The position numbers and the translations under genes were made by a program. From the NCBI GenBank assembly GCA_002269645.1, contig NIVC01001600.1, positions 1 to 64,000 on the forward strand: DNA of 64,000 nt, read 5' to 3'. This document shows positions 33,928-47,546 of this stretch, piece by piece. Positions within the stretch are counted from its first letter, which is position 1; every line of letters starts with the position of its first letter. Below the pieces are notes generated by a model that worked only from the letters and a program-made list of their open reading frames with translations, was not told where the DNA came from and did not search any database. Source of the stretch: Macrostomum lignano. Its lineage: Eukaryota.

Positions 33928-36090
33928 CAAGAAGTCCTGCCGGCCGAAGTCCGGTCCTCGCCGCTGCCCGACCTATGTGACCCGGAGACGGCCACATGGG
34001 AACGCGCGGCCAAGGTTCGGGTGACTGTCCTGGCCCTCGGCGCCTCTACCTGGTCAGACGAGAGCAGCCTGGACGACCACCTGTGCCGGGCCAATGCGAT
34101 GCTGCCCCCGACCGAGGACTCATCCTGCTGCTCGTCGGGACGACTGAGGACCAGCTGGCGGAGACCAAGTCTAAAGTCTCCCTACCTGTCTACCGGCGCT
34201 GGGTAAGTGCGGCCGTTCCCTCTGTCCGATATCCCCCCGCTCTTGTTCCTCTCATTAGGACTCACTGGACAAACCTCGCTGCCAGGAGGGCCCCATAGGG
34301 CTCACCCAGAATTTGCTCGTTCTCCATCCCACCTTTTCACCTGACCCCCCGACCCTCTCTCTCCTTCAGAAGGGGCTAAATTTTGTCCCCACAAACAACA
34401 AAATCTTTCTCCCTAGACTTCACCAAGACTTCAATGGGCTGAACAAATCTCATCGCCCGAGCTCGGGCGCCCTCCCACCCCTCTGTGGTCCCTCTGCCAG
34501 ATCCCCCCCGCCCAGCCATTTCCCAAGCTACCCTGGACTTCTGCGAGGAACTCCTTGAGGAGGCCGCGGAACGATCCGCCCTCAAGGATCTCAGGGATGA
34601 CCCCTCTATCATTATCAGGAACGCCGACAAAGGCGGCGCCATCGTAATCTCCCACACCAGGGATTACACCTTTGAAATCCTTTCTCAGCTTGGGGATAGG
34701 AATTTCTATTCCCCCATCGGGGGCCCCATCTTTCCTGAGACCAAGGACCGCATCCAGGCCATTCTGTACATCTCAAACTCCAGGGGTATCTGTCAGCTAG
34801 ACAGCATTCCTTCCTCTCCCCTCCGGATAACCCCCGCCCCAGACACTTCTACACCCTCCCGAAGATCCACAAGGATCCCGCTTCTTGGCTCCTCCCTTCT
34901 CGGCTACCCAAGGGGCGCCCCATCGTCAGTGGCTGCTCCTCCGAATCCATTGGGGCTGAGAAGCTTAATTTTAGCTCATCGATCACTTCCTCAAACCTTT
35001 GGCCCAGGCCCAACCTTCCTTCATTAGGGACTCCATTCACTTCAAGGCGCTCCTTGAAAATCTCCCAGTCTCCCCTTCCACTCTCCAGGCTACCATGGAC
35101 GTGGCCTCCCTGTACACCATGATTGACACCTCTGATGGCCTCCGCGCCATCAAACACTTCTTTCAAACCAAGCCTGACCCTCTCAGACCAGACTCTGACA
35201 TCCTCCGCCTCCTCCAAATTTGCCTCGACCGCAACGATTTCTGCTTTCGGGGTCTCTGGTTCCTCCAATCAAAGGGCACTGCCATGGGCAAAATCTTCTC
35301 CCCAACTATACCTGCCTTTTCATGAGCCACTGGGAACAAGCGGCGCTCAACACCGCCCTGTCCCACTCCATCTCCCCGGGCACCTTCCTCCGCTACATCG
35401 ACGACATCTTCGTCACCCTGGATGGGCCCCCCTCCACGGCTCGGAAATTCCTGGACATCCTAAATTCCCAGGACCCCAACATCCAACTTTCTCTCACCGT
35501 CTCTTGTTCCTCCGTTGACTTCCTGGATCTCTCAGTCAAGATCTCGGACTCCTCGCTCCACACTTCTATCTACTCCAAACCCACTAGCTCACTTCTCCTG
35601 CTTCACAGGGCTTCGGCTCACCCCAAACACACCTTCAAGGGGGTTCTCAAATCCCAGATCTACGGGCTGCATGCCTCTGCGATTCCTACTCTGATTTTTC
35701 CGCTTTCTGCCGCACCCTCTGCCGCTCCCTCCACTCTGTGGGATACTCCTCCTTCTTCAGCAACACCAAGGCCTCCGTCCTGGCCCAGCTTGGCTGGCCT
35801 CAAACCATCCCACGTCCCATCCTCATCCTAAAAGGATTCCAATCCTGCAACTCTGCCCGCTGCAGAACCTGCCCCCACGCCATCCTCAGGATCTCTTTTC
35901 AGGGCCCCTCCCCTGCCTCTGCTTTTCTCATCTCCCAATCTCTCTCCTGCGCCTCTTCCCACCTCATCTACGGCATTTCCTGCCTCCGCTGTCTTCCCTC
36001 CTCCAACCTCTACGTGGGCTGTACTACCAATACCCTGAGGGACCGTCTGAACGGCCACCGCTCGGACATTAGAGTCAACAAGGACAAACC
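33928..36090 (+). mobile_element. Penelope-like element (Neptune-type): RT + CxxxxCxxC linker + GIY-YIG endonuclease, frameshifted
   Basis: LQKGLNFVP, IRNADKGGAIV, MDVASLYT, GTAMG, RYIDD (35394-35405), DFLDL, YSKPT, CNSARCRTC, IYGISC..LYVGCT..RLNGH. Confidence 0.92.
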
Positions 36091-36238
36091 CAGAATTTTG
36101 TCCTATTGTTTTATTAGTACATAAGCCCAGAATTAAAATGAGAATTCGATTCCTAATCCCACTCCCTAAGAATTCTTTTCATTTTACAGGATTCGTCCCT
36201 TGCTTATTGGCCACCCCGAGGGGGGCGCTAGATTGCTA

Positions 36239-36640
36239 GTGACGCTTCTATGATTGTTTACATGACGCTTCTATGATTTTTACATGACGCTTCTATGATT
36301 TTTTACATGACACTTCTATGATATTTTGCATGACGCTTCTATGATTGTTTACATAACGCTTCTATGATTTTTTAAATGACGCTTTTATGATTGTTTACAT
36401 GGCGCTTCTATGATTGCTTACATGACGCTTCTATGATTGTTTACATGACGCTTCTATGATTGTTTACATGACGCTTCTATGATTGTTTACATGACGTTTC
36501 TATGATTTTTTACATGACGCTTTTATGATTTTTACATGACGCTTCTATGATTGTTTGCATGACGCTTCTATGATTGTTTACATGACGCTTCTATGATTGT
36601 TTTACATGACGTTTCTATGATCTTTTACATGACGCCTCTA
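36239..36640. repeat. 22-24-bp minisatellite (CATGACGCTTCTATGATTGTTTA), ~17 copies
   Basis: Direct inspection. Confidence 0.95.
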
Positions 36641-36653
36641 GTCCTTTATTATT

Positions 36654-37356
36654 CCTTTTTACGTTCTATTTGATAAAAACTGCAACCAATTTGGCCACGG
36701 CTCAGCCTGACGCAGCCGCAGCAATTTTCCTTAGACAGCCACCGCTAGCGGCAACCAATTTGGTAAAAACTGCGAGCTATTTTGCCAGCTTGAAGATAGC
36801 AGCTCAATAGCATAACAATAACGATAAAGAATGTTAACAATACATGCACGAAGTCAGAACATTATGTCCTCAGCATTCAAGCACCGATTGAAGTACGTCT
36901 GGGAATGGTTGATCCAGCGCAGGCACTTGAGAGGCGTGAGAGGCAGTAGGTTGACCTTCGACGAATTGAACAATGGTGTCCACCATAGCCTCCGTCAGCG
37001 CCATCCTCTTCACTCCTCCTTTTGGCAGAGTGCCAACTCTACCAGTTCGTTCATACGTGGTCACGATGTTCCTCACTGTCGGTTTCTTCATCCCCAGCAT
37101 TCTGCCAAGCTCTCCCCAGTCGTCGCCACTCCTGTACGCTCTCACGATTCGCTCTCGATCCAGCTGACTTATCTTTTGGTACGGCCCACAATTCGCCATC
37201 AGAGCAGCTGCTATCTTCAAGCTGGCAAAATAGCTCGCAGTTTTTACCAAATTGGTTGCCGCTAGCGGTGCCTGTCTATGGAAAATTCTATGTCTATGGT
37301 CAGGCTGAGCCGTGGCCAAATTGGTTGCAGTTTTTATCAAATAGAACGTAAAAAGG
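36654..37356 (-). mobile_element. Tc1/IS630-like internal-deletion derivative with long inverted ends, retaining the N-terminal HTH
   Basis: 36654-36715 inverts to 37299-37356 and 36741-36805 to ~37205-37270; TA follows the right end; minus ORF YQKISQLDRERIVRAY..LGMKKPTVRNIV..GRV has no DDE domain. Confidence 0.85.
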
Positions 37357-37392
37357 TATATTTATTTAATAAAGCTTTTAATAAAAAAATTT

Positions 37393-37460
37393 CACTACTA
37401 AGATTCGAACCCAGGTCACTGCATTAGCAGTCCAGTCTGTTCACATCTAGGCTAGATCTC
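37393..37460 (-). other. tRNA-derived sequence (SINE head or tRNA pseudogene)
   Basis: Minus strand: TAGCCTAGATG (A-box-like), CTGCTAA loop in a stem, T-arm with GGTTCGAATC (B box); acceptor stem not intact. Confidence 0.55.
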
Positions 37461-38302
37461 ATCGAATTTATAAATGAAATTGTAGCACTTATATAATTCA
37501 ACACTCACTCACGAAGCAGTTATGACATAATCAATTTCCCAGGCAAGTCAGTATTAGTCTCAAATAAAGTTGACAATATAGTTACGCAATCTAAATTATG
37601 TCTGATGCTACGCTTCCACACTGCATTTTCAATACTGTGAGGCAATTCAAGTTAGAGTCACAATTCAGTTATGATGCAATATTTTTCAGAATAAGAATTC
37701 AACAAGTCAACTTTTTTCTAGCATTCTTACAATGAATTTCAAGTCGAAAAGTTTGCTTGATCTTTGAAAAAGCATGTTTTTCGAATATTTAATCCCTTTA
37801 GCATTTAGCAATTTCTTAGCCAAGATACATGTACCGTCACGGAAAAATTTTGATCGAATGGTGCAAGTTCGAACAAAATCGGACAACGCATTCGTTTAAA
37901 CGACGAGAAGACGGCTATTTTACATGGAGCCAATTGACATATACAAAGGGTGCTAGCTGGGATAGTGATCGTTTGGGCACTATTTTCTATAATAACAGCA
38001 TCTAAATTGCCTAAAACAGCAGTTAGCTTAAAGAAAAACGATCAATGGTCTAGATGAGTGTTGATTTTTTTCTCTAGCACTTTTATTAGATGAGTTATGG
38101 CCCATCACGTGGTGATTTCTATGGCTATAAATTGCGATTTCACTAGCTGCGGGTGACAGATCGCAGTCTAAAGCCGCAAATTGCAGCATCAAATCTCAGT
38201 CTACCCTGCAATCCCTCTGCTTAATCATTCTTTAAGCAAATAAGTTCAACAATTGGCACAAGTTAACCGTTCAGTAGGCTAAATGTTGCTAAAAAACACA
38301 AG

Positions 38303-40031
38303 ATGGCATCAGCTTCAATGAAAGACATCAAACCAACAATGCGTGGCGTCATTCGCTTCTGGATCGACAGCGGACGCACAAATGCGGCTGAAATGCACGC
38401 AGAGCTTGTTGCGACATATGGAGAGGCCGTGCCAAGCGAACCGACTGTCCGACGGTGGGTTCGCGAGTTCAAAGAGGGCCGCACCACGCTTGACATCGCG
38501 CCTGGCCCATCTGGCTCCACACCGGCGCAGGTGCGCGCCCGTCTGCAAAGCGTTCTTGCTGTTGAAGCTGCTGTAAAAGCTGCGCCTAAGAGCTCACTTC
38601 GCAGGCTTTCTGCTACTGTTGGCCTTTCAAATCCATATGTGCACGAGATTCTCAAGACCGATCTTGGGCTGTCCCGCCTCTCCTGTGTGTGTGTATTAAC
38701 CTACGGCTCGGGTCCCAGCCCGCCGAGGAAGGTCGACTCCAGGAAGGTGGACGTCTCAATTGGGTTGTTCCAAAGGTCACTAGGGCAGAGCGGCGTCGGA
38801 TAGACAGGGCAGTCGAAAAGATGGACCACCGTTTGGGGCTCCAGACCGTTTGAGGCTTGCCGGCAAGTGGGAGCGACCATGTTGTGCCCTTGGGTGCACT
38901 TGGCAAATGGTTTGCAACTCCCTACACCAGGGTACCTCCTCGTCGGGAGACCCGTGTCCAGCAGACGTGGACGTCTCGTTCTCGCCTCTCCTGTCGATGG
39001 ATTCGTCGCATCCTCACGCCAGAGCAGAAGAGTCGACGTGTCGAGGTTGCAAACGCGCTGCAGGCTGCCTACACTCTCGAGGGTCAGCCTTTCCTTGACA
39101 AGATCATAACGTGCGACGAGACGTGGCTGCCCTTTTTTGAGTCGGCTGGCAAGCAGAAAGACGCTGAGTGGTGCGTGCGAAGCTAAAACTCGCCTACGAA
39201 GCCTTGGGCGACGTGGACAAAGAAGATCATTATCTCTCTCTTCTTCGATGGTCAAAGTCCCCTGCTGGTCGACTTTCTGCCGGATGGCAAGACTGTCAAC
39301 TCAGTGCACTACCAGGAACAGCTTGAGCGCCTCAAGGTGGCTGTTATTGCGAATCGACGTGACTACAGAGTATTTGGAGCATTCAAGCAGCTCATGCGGG
39401 GTCGAGTGCTTAGCAGCGACCGCGCGCAAGTGGAGGCCGAGGCGATGCGCGTGCTTCGCTCGCAGGAATTCCGCGCCGTCTTTTGGCAGGCTATCAACGA
39501 GCTCCCGAAGAAGTGGGCAAATGTGATCGCCGTCAAGGGCTCAAGGATGAAGAAGCTGCCGCATGGACGAATCGTTGCTTTTTGTGGGAGCCTGGAAGCA
39601 TTGACTCGCTAAGTTCTCCTGCATGCGATGCCGCGCTCAGATTTTGCTGATGCCATTGACGACATGCACAGCCGATGGCAGAAGTGTGTGCAGCGCAGTG
39701 GTGACTATGTGGAGAAGCCTCAGGACAATGTTGATTAACTTTTAACTGTTATTTCCTCAGCTTTCAAGTTGCGGATGTTTTGTTGATTCGTTGAATGTTT
39801 CGTTGTTTCGTGCATCAGGTACAAAGCTTTGATCTATGGCAATTTGTAGTAGCACAGGGGGTGGGGCAGAAAAGTTCTCATATCTCAAGAATGCCAGCAG
39901 ATACAGAAATAAACAAAAAGTCATTTTAACGGGCAGATAATTGTCTTGTTAACTGCTACAAAATAAATATTTCTGATCGGTCAGAAAAGGCTGTAGTGAA
40001 GAAATTGCACCGACTTATGGGACACCCCTTG
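38303..40031 (+). mobile_element. mariner (DD34D-type) transposase pseudogene and right TIR
   Basis: RGVIRFW..AEMH..TVRRWVREFKEGR, RWIRRILT, IITCDETW, RWQKCV..GDYVE; TIR-like GCACCGACTTATGGGACACCCCTTG|TA at 40007-40033. The YSPDLAP region is missing. Confidence 0.85.
38687..38982 (-). mobile_element. 5'-truncated LINE 3' end (Ingi/Vingi/RTE-like) inserted in mariner
   Basis: 12-bp TSD CGCCTCTCCTGT (38675-38686, 38983-38994); (CA)n tail; C-terminal PTC..QTVVHLFDCP motif. Confidence 0.85.
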
Positions 40032-40159
40032 TATTAAGTTTTTGAATTCTGATTTTATCAATCACAATTCCCATGACGAAAACTGTTGGCACTGACAGCT
40101 AAAAGTCGCACTGGTAAACAGAAACAACTATTGAAATTATCCATACTGTTCATTTTGCA

Positions 40160-40313
40160 GATCGACGAGCTTCGGCTTTCAGGTGAAGAAAATCTACGTG
40201 ACATGGTCAGCCGAATGACTAATCGCCTAATGAGCACTGACGTACAGTGCCAATACAACCAAACTGGAAAGCCTCGCCTCCTAAGCGAAGCTTCGTACAG
40301 GTGGAGCAACTGA
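40160..40313 (+). pseudogene. Isolated exon resembling a DUF4806-like transposon accessory gene
   Basis: ttttgcag acceptor followed by LRLSGEENLRDMVSRMTNRLMSTDVQCQYNQTGK. Confidence 0.4.
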
Positions 40314-43300
40314 TAAAATGTAAGCTTGTAACGCATTGAAAAGTGTGCCACTTTAACAGCATCCTAGCTTTATCTTCAAATAACCAGGGCGACTATAGAT
40401 AATTTGTCACTTTACTATTTCTTCAATAGGAGTTATAAGCCTATTCACAAAAAAATTCAAAAAATAGAAATGGAATCTTTACTAGTTCCTCATTTGAATT
40501 TGGATAATCCAGTCCAGTGAGTCAGTTAATTGATACATTTAAGCTTGAGCATCACTTATCTAAAAAAGAATTACAGTGACAAATTTAAAAGATAGGAATT
40601 CTAGCCGACAGCAATACGAGCTGAAAAAACGCTACACTTATCAGTCAAACTTCTCTTCATACCATTTTATAACAAGATTAAATAAGTTTTGATAGCAGCA
40701 AATAATACGCAGTAAAAAAATCCACTTAATCCGTAGAGGCCATAATTCAGCCTGGAGGAAAAATTACGGAAAAATAAATCATAGAGAAGTTGGCCCACTT
40801 TTTGGCCGACGCTCCTGCGCAGAAAGGCGGAATGAAGCAGAGCTGGAGCCAGCGTCAGACCTATGAAGCAGCTGCTAGCCAATCAGGTCCATTTCGGCTT
40901 TGATTCTGAACGTGATTCTACACTCGTCATTTGTGCCCTGACTTGAAAGTACTTTTTACTCGTAGTTCCTTTTTTGTAAATTTATTATTACTGGGCGGGT
41001 ACTGCAACATATACATATAATATAATATAATATAATATAATATATAATATAATATAAGCATGTAAAAAATCGGTACGCTTTGAATCGAGATGCGAAGGAA
41101 ACAGTCAAAACTACAGCCTCTTACAGTACATTCGCTTCTACGATAAAGTTGTAAATGAACAGCATACGAGGTAGAAATGGGATGGTATATGGTTTTAAAC
41201 CTGAATGCGTTAAGACTCAGCCAGTCGATTGGTTGGGATTTTACAATTTAGCGACTCACCTGCATCACATGGGTTTCCTTACTGTTTCCTAAGAAGGACT
41301 AATTAACAAAATTAGTGCTGTGCATTAGTATTAAATATTATTTTTAGGATATGAGTTTGCTTGTAAAACATTTTAGACAATTGCAGGTGTACATGTAGTT
41401 TCCGTCAAGCATGAATAATTCTCGCATGGATTTACTTGCTACTCATAGCTTTACATGCACACCTTCCCACTATACTACTGTAAGTGGGTTCAAGTAGCTC
41501 TTGTAGAAATTTATGTAATGCAGTCTGTATTTATTGTATGCTATGGCTAACACTTACTCGCTACTTAATTTTAATGGGTTTTCAACTGCAATTTTATTCT
41601 TATGTAACCAAAACATTTTTAAACACTGTAATGCCAGTTGCACAAAACTTTTCAATGTTCATTAGCAGAATACGCTGTACACTAATTTGCATTATTTGCT
41701 ATCCGGGAGTCTGACATTTAATCACTTTACAGCAGATTACTTTTTTATTTTTCTCAAAAATAAAATTTAGCGCTTGTGCTTTGCCGAAATACTAGCAAAG
41801 TGTATATTCAAAGTTTATATGTGTGCTGTGGTCAAATTCGACTCTATAATAATTAAAATGAAAAATGGGCTACTTTCAATTAAATGTACAAGGGCCGGAC
41901 TGATATGCATGCATGTCTCATTTTATTATTCTTTTTGCTTAAAAATACGCGTACTATTTTTGTAAGGTTTGTGACTTGCAGTCTTGCTTATGGTGCATGT
42001 AAATGTGACTTCATTAAATAAAAGAAAAAATCCACAGCTCCACTGAAGAACTGATCTTCATGCAACAAAATAAAATTCAAAGCCTCGTTGATTTAAATTT
42101 CCGTACTGGTACTTCAAGTGGACTATGACTAAATATCGTATCGAAACTTCTGTCAACTATCTATCATTGGATTCGTACAGATCCTGTGTGCCATTTTCGC
42201 TCACGATTCGATGACGAAATTTTGTTATAGAATTGTCATCGATTTTTTCAGTGGTGACTTCTAAAGGGCACGATGGTAAAGGTGAGGGACGGCACATCTG
42301 ATTCCGGCAAGTTGCACAACGGTTTCCTCCTCAAAGAAGCGTTTATGGCAGGGGAAAATGCGAGAGAGTCAGTGAGGCTTTGCGCTCCAGTGGACTAAAG
42401 CTCACAGGGCCTAAAGACTGCATTTGCACCCTGCAACGACCTCATAACGACCCATGAGATGTCCCCACATGCCAGGTCGCTAAGCTGTAGGGAAACTGTA
42501 AATATAGACCCAGCTTTAGCTTCTACTGTCAGCTCAGGCAATTCCGCGTTTGCCGAAACCCGTAGCTCGAGCAGTGGTGTTCCGTCATGCTGTTCGTCAC
42601 AAGACACTGTCACAAACCGACACAATACTTCGATCTTAAGTAGCAGTAGGCTAGACAATAGACAGGGACAGGAGCCTAAAACCAGAAATCCGCCTGCACG
42701 CAATGCCCTGCTCAGTGACTATCTCTGTAGCCCAGTTTGCCATGACCAATTGATCGCAGCACAGCCAGCCGATCCGGCGGTAGGCTCTGTTAGAAATCCA
42801 ATTGAGAATGACTCGCCTAAACAGACATTTCAAGAACGGCTAGAATTAACCCACGACTGTAAGAACCTTCTAGGTTATTATGAGTTGCTCAGAATTGAGG
42901 AGGGTCTACTCAAAGTAGACTTATCTATGGGGCAGACTGATCCAAAGGTAGTGTTGCTAAAGTCTCTGGATAGTGAAGTCTTTCACCAATTGCGTGATTC
43001 CCCGTTAGCGGGACACCTAGGTCGAGATAAAACTTATCAGAGAATTAAAACTCGATTTTGGAGGCTAGGATTAGCAACAACAGTCGAATGCTACGTAGCC
43101 AAATGCCCTAGTAGGGAATCATGCAAAAATAATGCATTTTTAATGCTAAATGGCAAATAATGCATTATAAAGGCATTATTTCGAACTTAAATTATAATGC
43201 AAATTTAGTCTCACAAAATGTGGGAGAAAACTTTGAATACACAGTGCTAATTTATTAAGAAATATTCTGTGATATAATACAAGTATGTATCCTTGTTTTA

Positions 43301-45799
43301 TTAATCTAAATTTGGACATTATAACCGCTAGTTGACTAGCTGGAAGTCAATTAAAAATAATGCATTTTAAATACGAGTTAAAAAAATCAATTCCTAATTT
43401 TTTAAATTATTATATATAATGCCTTTTAGTAAATGTACTTAATTTATCATCGCAAAACCTTTTGTAACGAAAATATACTTTTTACTTCATTTTAGTTTTA
43501 AAGCAGTTCCGCTGTCTTTTGTTTTACATCTTATCTAATTTGTTTTAACTAATGTTTTTATTTTTATCAGGACAAAAACTTTTGAAATTGCCAGTTATCA
43601 AATTATTATATATCAGCGCTAGAGCAGCAATTCATAAAGCCATGCATGCAGCTAGACTAGTTACAAAATTTAATTGATTTTACCTTTTTAGCTTTTAACT
43701 AAATTGAACTAATTTAACATTAACTTTAACTTTAAACTTATGCAATAGGATGGCATCATATAATGCTTCGACAAGACAATCTCGAAGGTCTCGACGCTCC
43801 CCACAACGAATTCAAAATTTAAATTCACAATATGATGGAAAGTTTCTACTATTCTTTATCAGAAGAACTAAATCATACCATAACTTTTCGCGCGGTAGCC
43901 TTGCCCTGCAAGGCATTCGGAATTCTACAACTTTTGTCTTTGTAAGTAAAAAAATGTCTATATTTCTTATTCTAGCATAGTTTGGACATAGGTTCAGTTT
44001 TTTAATAAAATTTGGAATAAACTTAGTCAGTGTCAATGTCTATTAAAAGACTTTGTCTGGGGCTAGGCCTATTTTAATTCTTGTATTCCTATTTGGCATG
44101 CCCCTAGGCCTAGTTACATATATGGACATGGCTGCCACTGCCATGTATATATTGTTAGACCTTATAGCCGCTATACGGCTATAGGCAGGTCTGCTTATAT
44201 AATATACGCTTATAGGCAGGAAATGTTTGAACTTTGGGTAGATAAAATAGTTGCAGTTTTGATAGGATCATAGTTTTGTCTCTAAGTAGGTTTTTTATAG
44301 TGTTATTTTCAAATTTAAGCTTCATTCTTTCGTAGGCCTAGCTCAAGTTAAAGACAACTACCAGAGCATAGGGAATGGGGGTTTCAGGGTAGGGAGAATC
44401 TTTATGAGGATTGATTTTACCTACTTGAACTTCAATAGAGGCATGGGGTCTATTTTAGATTAGGTAAATAAATTTGGAAACTAAAGGGATTCAGGGAGGA
44501 AATTGTAATTGTAATTGTAATAAAGCTTAAATTAAAAATTTAACTAGTTATTTAACACCTCCATAGAAAAAAAATCATAATCTTATCAAACTAATTGATA
44601 TGAGTAACTGCTGTATTTATCTTTTAGAATAGAAAAACAATGCAAATTAATAGAAATAAATATAAATAAACAAGTAGTCACAACAATGAGAGAACAATAG
44701 TAAATCAAAAGCTAATAAGGGCAGTGGCAAACTGTAAGTCAACATTTAAAAAAAAACACTATAAATTTTGAGAATTTAATTTGTACTCTATAGGAAAATT
44801 TCTAGAAATAAATAATTCATAATTAATGCATCAAACTTTCGCGAAGGTCACTACAAATTTGGCATGGCACTCTTGCTTGGCACTTTTAACAAACTAAGTG
44901 AAGAAAAACTAGAATAGACACTCTTTTTATTAGAGTTAAATTTATCTTTGTAAGTTATGATTCTAAAAAAGTTTAAATTTCAAACATACAATTCTTTGAA
45001 ACTGCTTGCATCAAATTATCACTAATTAAATATAAGGGGTAAACAAATCAAGCTCCTTTTAACTCCAAAAGTAAGTTTTTGCAGTTTTCTTTGTTTTATT
45101 ATAATTGTTGACAGCTTCTAAGACTCTGGGGGAAGTATCAGAATAATAGGAAAATCGGAAGTATTTTATATACCTAAAGTTCAAGAAGTCCATAGTCTAA
45201 TAAATATTTTTACAAAGTTTTTATTGTTTTTATAAAATAAATTCTGAATATCTATGTCAAAATTTCCTATCAGCTAAGTCAGAATTTTTATATGAGCTAT
45301 TATTTAGCATGTAAATGTATCTAGCCATTCTTACTTTAAAGAATTACTTAAAATGTAATTTTTCAAAATTTATTTATGAATTATTTATTTATGAAATATG
45401 GTAAAATATAGGTTGGTCTATAAGTCTTAAATGTATTATTGTAGTCTATTATTCTTGGATTTTTTAAAATATATATTGTCTAAAAATTAGCATATAATAA
45501 TAAACAAATTTTGTACAGTATATTTTTTTTACTTTTATCAGTGTAAAATTTTTGTATGCCTGCCATAATCTAGACTATGGTCCAGCAATCTTGTCTAAAC
45601 TATTATCTTAGGATTAGGATTGTGATTACCTATGGTAGCATTTCTAAATCCTCCCAAAGCTAAGCTTGGCCTACTTTAACTTCTTATAAGTTGCTTTCTT
45701 TTATAGAAGCCTATATTACCTTATGAAATTTTTATCTATTAGAAAGACTGCTATCATTAATATTTTCTCTGCTAAAATGATTATATTCCATCTAAAATT

Positions 45800-47546
45800 C
45801 CAGGGCCAGGATTATCCATTGGCACTCCAAGGTGGTATTTACAGTGGAATGTTTATAGCTGCTGCATCCAGCTCTCGCATCATTCAGATCGAGAATAGGT
45901 TGGATCAATACATAAGTGAACACAAGGAGAATGCGAATCTATCTGAAGGCGTTCAAGCTCACATGAGAAGTTTTGTTGATCAGCCCTGTGGAGCAGCTAG
46001 TAGTTCAAGTGAGGATTCAGTTGCAGATAGAGAAGATAATTCTGATGAAGATGCGTCATGGCTGCCATCGCATAATGTATCTATGGAGTTAGAAGCTCCA
46101 AGTCCAATGCCCAGTCAGGGTTTGCCAAGTGGCCCTAGCCTCTCAAGCAATAGCAAGTCATCTAGGTCTGCTACTAAGCGAGTTAGTGGCTCAACACTTG
46201 GAACTGGTAATGCAGCGAAGAAGCCAAGAAGCCAAGGAGCCACTGAGTTACAATTATCCAATGTACGCACTGGCACTCGTGAGGCAACGATAAATTTAGA
46301 GCAGGCACTAGAAGCTATTCAGGCTGAACAGAGGCGTGGACTACCCAGGGAATTGCTCAACGAGTCAATCGAGACATCAGGTTCAGGAGTGTGTAAAAGC
46401 AGTGAAAGAAGCGAATTTCTTACACGTGAAGAGTTCCACACTGAGATTGGTAAGATATCTTATTGCTATGTCTTGTATCCTACATCCTATGTAATAAATT
46501 TCTATTCATTATTGTTATTTGAAATTAAAAATGAAAAAAAATGATATTAATTAAATAAAGCTACAGCTATGATTGCTCCACATGTGCTTAATACAATAGT
46601 ACTTAGGACTTTCAATATCAGGTTAATTAGTTTGTATTTGTGAAACCAGACCTCAATGAAAACAAATGTATATACAATCTATTTCAGACAAACATAAAAG
46701 GTTCATCGCGCACAAGCTGAAGAAGTCCATGGCAAAATCAGCTTCACAAGTGCATCAACCAACATCTAGTGACTTCCTAAATGAGGCAAGTGTTATTTTA
46801 TGGAATAGCTCAAATCAAATGCCTAATCTATGTATGTTAAGAAAAAGCGCCCTAAAGAGAATGCATACACGAATTGATTCTAAATACCAATAGATAGCTT
46901 AAACTATTGATACATGAATATAACATTTATAGCTTCAAATATACTAAAAATGAAATTATTTTTTCATAAGGAATTCACGGGTTACGACGGACGACAGTAC
47001 ACCCTCATGGACTTTAATCGTTCAACTACATCCAAGTTTATAAGAGCCTATGCTTGTGCCGAATTCGGTACTATGTGCTGTCGCACATTTTTGGCCTCAG
47101 CCCAGGGGCATCTTCGAGGAAAATGGCTTCATCTGAGAATATTGAGGAGTTGAAGCGTAAGTCCTGCAGTTTTATTTGGTTGATTATTTTGTATAACATA
47201 CATTTGTACTTTTCTGTTGCATCTTGAAACTTATAATTTGTTATCATTTACATTTCGCTTGCTCAGCGCTGTTTATATAGTCTAATTAATTTTTTTTCAT
47301 ATTGCTTGACTGCTTCTGTTACTTGTTATTCGATGCTTCTGCTGTACAAATACTCATAAACATTTCCAAATTTTAGGCGTCCTCAACAAAGTATTCCAAG
47401 TGCCGAAAGAGCAGGCTGCCAGTGCCTGGACGGCCGTAAAGGACTCGCTGAATAGGATGGGCCCCGAGGCTTCGTTTCGTAATCGTCACAAGAAGAAGAC
47501 TGGCGATGGCCACCAAGGGAACGATGATGAGGACGAGTTCGCTTAG
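45800..47546 (+). CDS. Spliced accessory gene of the CACTA element (low-complexity N-part, BEN/DUF4806-like C-terminus)
   Basis: Exons ~45800-46449, ~46971-47070 and 47377-47546 (after a ttttag acceptor: VLNKVFQVPKEQAASAWTAVKDSLNRMG..EDEFA*). Domain call is weak. Confidence 0.5.
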
